DNA from: a virus
Taxonomy: Duplodnaviria > Heunggongvirae > Uroviricota > Caudoviricetes
Virus record (IMG/VR): IMGVR_UViG_3300001688_000696
Length of the DNA stretch: 64,000 nt
Direction: 5' to 3' (one strand)
The notes beneath the pieces were generated by a model. The model worked only from the letters and a program-made list of their open reading frames with translations, searched no databases and had not been told where the DNA came from. Shown here piece after piece: positions 58,199-64,000 of the stretch (positions within the stretch are counted from its first letter, which is position 1; each line of letters begins with the position of its first letter). The position numbers and the translations under genes are program-made.

Positions 58199-58269
58199 TG
58201 CGGAGTAGAGAAGTGGCATCTCGACGGCCTCATAAGCCGTGAACGCAGGTTCGAGTCCTGCCTCCGCTA
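58199..58269 (+). tRNA. tRNA-Met(CAT), initiator-like
   Basis: 1:72 mismatch (T:T), A11-U24; loop CT-CAT-AA. Confidence 0.88.
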
Positions 58270-58275
58270 CCTGAT

Positions 58276-58349
58276 GCACCCGTGGTGTAGTGGTCTAACA
58301 TGCGGCCCTGTCAAGGCTGAGAACGCCAGTTCAAATCTGGTCGGGTGCG
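58276..58349 (+). tRNA. tRNA-Asp(GTC)
   Basis: GCACCCG/CGGGTGC, G73; loop CT-GTC-AA. Confidence 0.92.
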
Positions 58350-58354
58350 CCTAT

Positions 58355-58425
58355 GGGCGTGTAGTTCAATGGGAGAACGACGCTGTCGCATAGCGTAAAT
58401 CTGGGTTCGACCCCCAGCATGTCCA
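58355..58425 (+). tRNA. tRNA-Ala(CGC)
   Basis: G3.U70 pair; loop GT-CGC-AT. Confidence 0.85.
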
Positions 58426-58640
58426 CTCGCCAAAGTCTACCGCCATAGACAATGGCGACAGGTTTATCATCAAAGTCCGGTGGCGGCCGGGCGGAGAAAA
58501 TTTCCCTGACCGGCGTGAAACCCAATGGCGAGGCGTAGCGCCAGTGAAAAGAACCAAAGTCGTGTGGTGTAAGTTCGTAATAGCACACATCCATAGGGTG
58601 ATGAAGTCCGGTAAGCCGTGACCCCGGCGCGATTTTGGTC
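58426..58640 (+). ncRNA. Unidentified structured RNA candidate in tRNA array
   Basis: Two closed domains (ctcgcca/tggcgag; accaaagtcg/cgattttggt) with internal hairpins. Confidence 0.4.
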
Positions 58641-58667
58641 AATTTTTTAACCAGTAGGGCGTGATTT

Positions 58668-58738
58668 GGTCGGGTCTTTCAACGGCAGGAAACCGTTCTG
58701 ATAAAGCGGTAATGAGTGTTCGACTCACTCCCTGACCA
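58668..58738 (+). tRNA. tRNA-Ile(GAT), divergent
   Basis: GGTCGGG/CCTGACC; loop CT-GAT-AA; weak D-stem. Confidence 0.8.
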
Positions 58739-58745
58739 CTACTAT

Positions 58746-58819
58746 GGACTTTTAGCTCAGCCGGTTAGAGCGCCGCCTTGACATGGCGGGGGTCGTGCGT
58801 TCAAGTCGCACAAAGTCCA
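58746..58819 (+). tRNA. tRNA-Val(GAC)
   Basis: GGACTTT/AAAGTCC; loop TT-GAC-AT. Confidence 0.92.
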
Positions 58820-58824
58820 CTGAT

Positions 58825-58897
58825 GGGCGATTAGTTTAGCAGTCAGAACGCCCGGTTCACATCCGGGAGGTCGCAGGTGCAAATCCTGCATTGCCCA
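58825..58897 (+). tRNA. tRNA-Val(CAC)
   Basis: GGGCGAT/ATTGCCC; loop TT-CAC-AT; T-loop TGCAAAT. Confidence 0.88.
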
Positions 58898-58918
58898 CTC
58901 CGTTTGTTTCGTCGGATA

Positions 58919-58985
58919 GCACAGTTCGTCTAAGTGGTAGGACAGACCCAAGGGTCAGATGCAGGTTCGAATCCTGCACTGTGCG
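58919..58985 (+). ncRNA. tRNA-like RNA lacking an anticodon loop (67 nt)
   Basis: Acceptor GCACAGT/ACTGTGC, D-arm and T-arm GCAGG-TTCGAAT-CCTGC intact; anticodon arm is GACCC-AA-GGGTC. Confidence 0.8.
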
Positions 58986-59107
58986 AACGAAGGCGGCAGA
59001 CGAACAACGGGAAGCCGTCACTTCTCGGTTGGTAATCTGGTAGATAGGCGGAAGGCGGAGGCTTGACGGGGCTGATGCTGACAAATATCTACCGGGTTAT
59101 CATGAAT

Positions 59108-59181
59108 GGGCGGTTAGCTCAGGTGGTTAGAGCGCTGTGCTGATAACGCAGAGGTCGAAGGTTCGAATCCTTCACCGCCCA
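59108..59181 (+). tRNA. tRNA-Ile(GAT)
   Basis: Canonical GGGCGGT/ACCGCCC; loop CT-GAT-AA. Confidence 0.95.
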
Positions 59182-59191
59182 CCTTTGAGAT

Positions 59192-59264
59192 GGGTACATG
59201 GCGTTAATTGGGAACGCACCGCCTTTGCACGGCGGAGTTGTGGGTTCGAGTCCCACTGTATCCA
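59192..59264 (+). tRNA. tRNA-Ala(TGC)
   Basis: G3.U70; loop TT-TGC-AC. Confidence 0.92.
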
Positions 59265-59317
59265 CTATGGACGGTTCTAAAGAATTGTTTTGACTGGTCG
59301 GGTGCTGGTAAAAATTT

Positions 59318-59392
59318 GGGTGCTTAGCTCAGTTGGTCAGAGCGCCTCGTTTACACCGAGGAGGTCGGGGGGTTCGAGACCCTCAGCGCCCA
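59318..59392 (+). tRNA. tRNA-Val(TAC)
   Basis: GGGTGCT/AGCGCCC; loop TT-TAC-AC. Confidence 0.92.
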
Positions 59393-59396
59393 CTCG

Positions 59397-59583
59397 TCCC
59401 TGGCTCATCTCCTTGGCGCGCCGCAAAAAGTTATAAGGAGATATTGCCGCAACAATACACGGCGGATTCGCGATAATGCCGTTGAGGTAGTACGTGGTGA
59501 CACGGAATTGCCAGCAAAACTGGATGGTAGGAAACCAGGGATGAGCTGTGTCGGCGGGATTTCGATAACTATCCCGCCGACAC
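59397..59583 (+). ncRNA. Unidentified multibranch RNA candidate in tRNA array
   Basis: tccctgg/ccaggga closes five hairpins and is followed by a 13-bp hairpin. Confidence 0.4.
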
Positions 59584-59971
59584 GACAATAATCGAAATCG
59601 GTTTTTGAAGGCGGTAATGCGATAAAAAAGAGTTGGAATCAGGTTGGCGAACCGGACTTTTATCGCAATCAGCAAAATTTCCAAATCCTGCTGTCTTTTG
59701 ACCGGCCTTTGCTGACGGGCGCAAGTTTTTGGAACTGCTGGTACAGGAAAGCGCAAACGTAAGTCGCAATCTAATTTTCTTCTTGAACGAAGCCAAATTT
59801 GAGCCGTTCAAACAGGAACAGGTGTCCCTGCGGCAGTTGGTAGCCAACCTATTGGCGGTGAATACTGGTTGGTGAATACGGATGAAAATGGTTTTGCGAG
59901 CTGGTATTGCAAATATTCGCTTTCGCCAGCGGAATTTCCAGAAAAATATTTACTGTCTGAATAACAATTGC

Positions 59972-60042
59972 GCGGGCGTGATGTAACGGTAGCATGACTG
60001 CCCTCCAAGCAGCTCGTGTCGGTTCAAATCCGGCCGTCCGCT
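59972..60042 (+). tRNA. tRNA-Gly(TCC)
   Basis: GCGGGCG/CGTCCGC; loop CC-TCC-AA. Confidence 0.88.
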
Positions 60043-60067
60043 TATTTGGGAACAAACTAAAATCTGA

Positions 60068-60138
60068 AGGGGCGTAGTTTAATGGCAAAATGGCCGTCTC
60101 CAAAATGGCTGTTGGGAGTTCGATTCTCTCCGCCCCTG
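60068..60138 (+). tRNA. tRNA-Trp(CCA)
   Basis: AGGGGCG/CGCCCCT, G73; loop CT-CCA-AA. Confidence 0.92.
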
Positions 60139-60143
60139 TTGAT

Positions 60144-60215
60144 GGGCGCGTAGTTTAATCGGGAAAACGCATCAATGGCATTGATGTGACGCTGGTTCGA
60201 TTCCAGTCGCGTCCA
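60144..60215 (+). tRNA. tRNA-Ala(GGC)
   Basis: G3.U70; loop AT-GGC-AT with the A32-U38 typical of Ala(GGC). Confidence 0.92.
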
Positions 60216-60272
60216 CTTTCCTGTTTGTTTGCTAACCATGTGGAAATGGCAGCGGAGCGGCAGACAGAAATC

Positions 60273-60301
60273 AAAAAAGCAGGCGTGGTGCCTGCTTTTT
60301 T
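60273..60301 (+). terminator. Terminator ending tRNA array
   Basis: aaaaaagcaggc-gtggt-gcctgctttttt. Confidence 0.8.
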
Positions 60302-60882
60302 GATTTTACCCCGATGTTTTATCGAAAAAACTGAACAGAAAACTGTTTTTAGGAAACGAGGGATGCTGTTTCTGCCATTAGGCTGTTGATTTTTTTTCGA
60401 TTCCTACAGCCATTAAATTGGTCTAACAATTCCTTTGTTCTTTTTGCATGCATTGCCAGCGCCTTTTTTTTTGCTCTGGCGTAAGTTCCCGCCCAGTTTC
60501 ATATCTTTTAGGGCAGTGACAATTCTCGCCCAATTATGCCAAAGGGCGGTGCCATCGAGACTGTTTAGACGATTGGGAACACTAAAGTTTTCTATTGTTG
60601 CCAATCATTCAACGGCTTCTCCCCCAGAGGAATAAGATAATCGACCTGTTGCTCGATTAGTACGCCTAGCGGTATTTTTGCCAACAAAACGCCATTTTCG
60701 TCCTTTTGAAGAGGGCGAAAATGGAATGCAAACCGATTTACCAACTGGCAAAAAATACAAGCCGAAGCAACGGAGCAAGTGGTAGTTATGCCTTGCTGCC
60801 AGCAATCAAGCCAAAGGTTGTAGGCGGCGTCAAAATCGACGTCAGGACGCAACTTGTTTTGAATGTCATCATCCGCCGAAGG

Positions 60883-61278
60883 ATGAAAACGATTCAATCT
60901 GTGCTGAACTTAAATTTTCGTTCTCGGAAAGCCTTGCTGGAAAACGGCTGGAAGGAATACCTTCAATTTGATAACGCCGGATACGTTTACGAAAAGGATG
61001 GGGTGATTTTTAGGGTTAAGAAGCAGACCCCAGAGTTTGCGGTTAGTGACCGGCTGGTTGCCAGACTGCAAATTCGTTTATCACAGCATGAGTTGGAATC
61101 GATTGGCGATTCGTCACTAGTGCAGACCATCCCGACCGGCGAATCATTTTTAAACCTTACACTGACAGATGGAGAAGCCTGCCCGTGGCAGAATGGCAAC
61201 CCGCTTGTTCATCAGGAATTGTCCCTCAATAATCTCCAGCAATGGCTGGATAACTACCAACCGGAGCTGGTTTCCTAA
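60883..61278 (+). CDS. Hypothetical protein
   Basis: ATG 60883 with SD GAAGG; frame open from 60706. Confidence 0.55.
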   Translation: MKTIQSVLNLNFRSRKALLENGWKEYLQFDNAGYVYEKDGVIFRVKKQTPEFAVSDRLVARLQIRLSQHELESIGDSSLVQTIPTGESFLNLTLTDGEACPWQNGNPLVHQELSLNNLQQWLDNYQPELVS

Positions 61279-61402
61279 GCTGTTTCGCGTCCAAAACACA
61301 AATGCCGCCAGCTATATCTATATTTTCGTCATCCATGGTGGAGGTAGCGAAAAATGGAATGTTCCGGTAAAACACAAACTTGCAAAAATATTCAGGAAGG
61401 AC

Positions 61403-62311
61403 ATGGCGGCACTGTGGTGGGGGGTGCCAGCAAAACAAAAAATTTTTGAGGGCGAAGAAGCGCACCAGGTGCTTTGCGACTATTTTCAATTTGCACTGCC
61501 CAATCCCTGTGCGGCGGTTATTGAATGGTGCAACTTCGGATACAAAAGGATAAACGGCATCATTCGCACTCGTGGCGATGCTTCCGTTATTCTTGAATCA
61601 ACGATTGGCATGTCGAGTTACAGCCAATCTCAGCGGTTGGAGCGCTATGAAGAATTCAACCTGGAATGGTGGGAAAATTCTGTTTATGAACACATCGAAG
61701 AATTGGATGCCGTCCTGTCCAGCGTTCAACTGCCCGTTCCCGTCCGTGCTTATCGCGGTGTCTCGGTTTATGATTCTGCCCGCTGGATTAATGCGAAGCC
61801 GGGGGATATACAGGAAATAGACACCTTTTCTTCCCTTTCTTTGGACGAAAAGATTGCCGACCACTTTGCCACGCTCCCCGATTCAGATAATAACTACGGA
61901 AAACCGGTTGATGGCGGTGTTTTGCTGGAGATTGAACTTCCGGCAGGAACGCCCGGCATTTATATTCCGGGATTGGCTTCGTGGAATGACAACCGAATTA
62001 ATAGAAATGTCAGAGAAAAAGAACTGCTGATTCCTAGAAATGTCATTTTCGAGGTTGTGTCCAGAGAACGAGTCTCGTCTGAACGCGCCCCATCTGGCGA
62101 GCTGGTCAAAGTCAAGGTGCGCCTGACCGGGTTTTCTCAAAACAAGGAAGTGCCTCGCAGAAGTACGGATTTGTTCAAAGAACAAGCTGAAAAGCGCATT
62201 CAAGAGCTGGTGAATGATAACAGTGTGCAGGCGGTTTTGGGGATTGATGCCCCGGATACGCTGCGAGCTACTATTGAAAAAATGATGGAAAAGGTGGAAG
62301 GACGGGTTTAA
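61403..62311 (+). CDS. VIP2/Alt-like (R-S-E clade) ADP-ribosyltransferase (start uncertain; frame open from 61169)
   Basis: GYKRINGIIR, RAYRGV, TFSSLSL, LLEIELPAGTPGIYI, EKELLIPRN (ExE). Confidence 0.85.
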   Translation: MAALWWGVPAKQKIFEGEEAHQVLCDYFQFALPNPCAAVIEWCNFGYKRINGIIRTRGDASVILESTIGMSSYSQSQRLERYEEFNLEWWENSVYEHIEELDAVLSSVQLPVPVRAYRGVSVYDSARWINAKPGDIQEIDTFSSLSLDEKIADHFATLPDSDNNYGKPVDGGVLLEIELPAGTPGIYIPGLASWNDNRINRNVREKELLIPRNVIFEVVSRERVSSERAPSGELVKVKVRLTGFSQNKEVPRRSTDLFKEQAEKRIQELVNDNSVQAVLGIDAPDTLRATIEKMMEKVEGRV

Positions 62312-62330
62312 AGCTTCGAGCTATCGCTAT

Positions 62331-62993
62331 GTGACTGGTGATGATGAAGAAAAAATTGGACAGCTATCTGCCATTACCAGAGCGCAGTACGCCTGCTTAG
62401 GGGGACTGATTGAGGCAATTCGCAACGGAGATAAACTTCCACCAATGGCAAGAGGTGAAGACATTGCCTATCATTCCTATCATTTTGCTTCCGAAGCGAT
62501 AGGGGAGACAGCCGCCGAAATCAAAGACCCGTTGCAAACGGCGCTCGACGCGGTGCGTAAACTGGTGGGGGATTTCCCTGAAGATGACAGGTCGCGTGTG
62601 GATGAAACGGTGCGCAGGTCGTCTGTCTGGAAGCGAGATGACTTTTCCAATCGGGGGAAAGCGGTTTTTGCCCTTATGAAAGGACTGCGGGCGTCAGGAG
62701 TAGAAATTGGGACAATGAAAAACATTCCATCAGATAACTTCAGATTTTCCAAGTGGTTGGGATTCTATCAGCAATATTATCCAAACATGCAATGGGTAAA
62801 ATCGGTTGGGGCTTCTTGGGGAGAACGACCATCGTCAAAATCTAAACGGCTGGCAGTGTGTATCCCCAATTCTATTAGTGCAAAAGAAATGGTAATTATT
62901 CGCTGCACAATAGCCAGCAGCGCCATGCAGCGGAAAAGTGGAAAGCAGATGAAGCCCGATATGGAAAAAATGCTTTTTATCCTGGTGGTATAG
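62331..62993 (+). CDS. Hypothetical protein
   Basis: ORF following the ART; frame continues 46 codons past the TAG. Confidence 0.5.
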   Translation: MTGDDEEKIGQLSAITRAQYACLGGLIEAIRNGDKLPPMARGEDIAYHSYHFASEAIGETAAEIKDPLQTALDAVRKLVGDFPEDDRSRVDETVRRSSVWKRDDFSNRGKAVFALMKGLRASGVEIGTMKNIPSDNFRFSKWLGFYQQYYPNMQWVKSVGASWGERPSSKSKRLAVCIPNSISAKEMVIIRCTIASSAMQRKSGKQMKPDMEKMLFILVV

Positions 62994-63151
62994 ATAGGCG
63001 CTGGCGTGCAAATTGATACCTTCGACATCAATTTTGGAGATGGCGGCTTGGAAGTGCGCGAAGAACTGCATAAAAAGTTGGAACAGTTAGCAGCACAATT
63101 CCCGCAAATGCGCTGGGCGTGGGGAGAGTAGAAAATTGCTATAATTAATAA

Positions 63152-63310
63152 AGATATTCACAACTCGTCTGAACAGAGAATTAATGCTACCGAACCCTGG
63201 CATAGTTCGCCCCCGAAGAAATAAAAAATAAGGGCTGTTCCAATTACGGTTTTTGTAGTTGACGGTACAAAAAATATAGGGACGTGCGTACCGGGGCGGG
63301 TTCGTGAATA
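63152..63310 (+). ncRNA. Candidate stand-alone structured RNA
   Basis: TGCTATAAT promoter 63137-45; 15-bp closing stem 63155-69/63295-310; internal hairpins; terminator 63310-54. Confidence 0.45.
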
Positions 63311-63354
63311 AAAAAGCGGATTGCGTACTTCCAAAGTACTCAATCCGCTTTTTT
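63310..63354. terminator. Bidirectional terminator
   Basis: aaaaaagcggattg...caatccgctttttt. Confidence 0.8.
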
Positions 63355-63371
63355 AAATAAACAGAAAGAGT

Positions 63372-64000
63372 CTAATCTTTTTCGGTGTAATCACGGTACA
63401 GCCGCAAAATATGGGCAATGTTGAAAGTACCTTTGCCGTGATACAGGTCAACTAAACTTCCCACATACGGGCGCAGCTTCTTATCTGCGTTCGGGTCGGT
63501 AAAAATTTTCTTTTTGAGTTCGCCGTAGGACGCACCCGGGCTTTCGCTCATATAACGCTTCGCCAGCTCAGAAGCTGACTGCCAGTGAGAGAAAATCTCC
63601 GCACACAGGTCGTCAGCCCCTCCCAAATACCCATCAAAACGGTCGTTCAAATATTTGCTAAAGTCAGCGACCACAGTCTTGAATCTTTCTTCCGAAAAAG
63701 CATCCTTTGGCTTGATTTGGGTCACATCGAGGATTTCCTGCGGCAGAGAATTGACAAGACGTGAAACCTTTGCGTATTTGTTGGCTGCCATCATCACGCG
63801 GTTGGTTGCAAACCACCACGGTGTTTTGAATTTGATGCGCAGGATATTACCGGGGACACGTGTGTTCCCATTTGTGGCTTCCTTCATCCTGATGGTCGCC
63901 ACGAAGCCCTCTGCATTTTCCAATTTTTCCGTGTAGGCTTTGACCTCTGCGAAGCTCTTGAACTGATAAACTTTCGGAAAAAACAGCGGCGGTTCTTTCT
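63372..64000 (-). CDS. T4 Rnl1-like RNA ligase, C-terminal part (5'-truncated by window edge)
   Basis: Frame is open to the window end: ...FPKVYQFKSFAEVKAYTEKLENAEGFVAT...LRIKFKTPWW, with nucleotidyltransferase motif IV (EGFV) and V (RxKxK). Confidence 0.7.
   Translation of the reverse strand, partial: KEPPLFFPKVYQFKSFAEVKAYTEKLENAEGFVATIRMKEATNGNTRVPGNILRIKFKTPWWFATNRVMMAANKYAKVSRLVNSLPQEILDVTQIKPKDAFSEERFKTVVADFSKYLNDRFDGYLGGADDLCAEIFSHWQSASELAKRYMSESPGASYGELKKKIFTDPNADKKLRPYVGSLVDLYHGKGTFNIAHILRLYRDYTEKD

Larger units (their letters stand above)
1..64000. mobile_element. Segment of a large plasmid / jumbo-phage-like replicon
   Basis: Iteron-containing rep, parABS, coupling protein, tRNA array and dense small hypothetical ORFs. 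No ribosomal-protein or core metabolic operons, and no capsid/terminase genes in the window. Confidence 0.8.

Noticed and set aside
59590-59964. TGA-readthrough ORF containing GTAGTGK (P-loop-like)
   Set aside because: No start codon, two in-frame TGAs, and many real genes in the window end in TGA; likely coincidence.
57972-60215. HDV-like (theta) or hammerhead ribozymes trailing the tRNAs
   Set aside because: Most spacers are 1-10 nt. The longer inserts lack a recognisable nested double pseudoknot or a CUGAUGA...GAAA core by eye; a covariance search could still overturn this.
60413-60897. Minus-strand ORFs 60413-60604 and 60592-60897
   Set aside because: Short, weak starts, partly overlap a + strand frame; could not distinguish them from noise.
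1-64000. Stop-codon reassignment
   Set aside because: Long genes are intact under code 11, TAA/TAG/TGA all terminate genes, and no suppressor tRNA is present.

Overview
A 64-kb slice of a large extrachromosomal element, probably a megaplasmid or jumbo-phage-like replicon. No virion genes are seen, and the host is tentatively Chloroflexota/Anaerolineae by inference. It carries a replication/partition module: a rep gene with a C-terminal DnaA_N-like domain, ten internal 22-bp iterons, ParA/ParB and five copies of a non-canonical 24-bp parS-like palindrome. Primosome and repair genes include DnaB, DnaD-like, RecA, RecX, MutM, and a full NurA-HerA-Mre11/SbcD-Rad50/SbcC set. Other genes include class II RNR, dCTP deaminase, four orphan DNA methyltransferases, an ECF sigma factor, and a Flp/Tad pilin + Replic_Relax nuclease + VirD4-like transfer cluster. 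There is a tight kinase / pseudophosphatase / ADP-ribosylglycohydrolase / phosphatase operon plus two ADP-ribosyltransferases. The RNA content is rich: a complete type A RNase P RNA with a co-varied P4 helix, 15 CCA-less tRNAs, one tRNA lacking its anticodon loop, several unannotated structured RNA candidates and an Rnl1-like RNA ligase. All calls come from motif reading by eye; no database searches were run.
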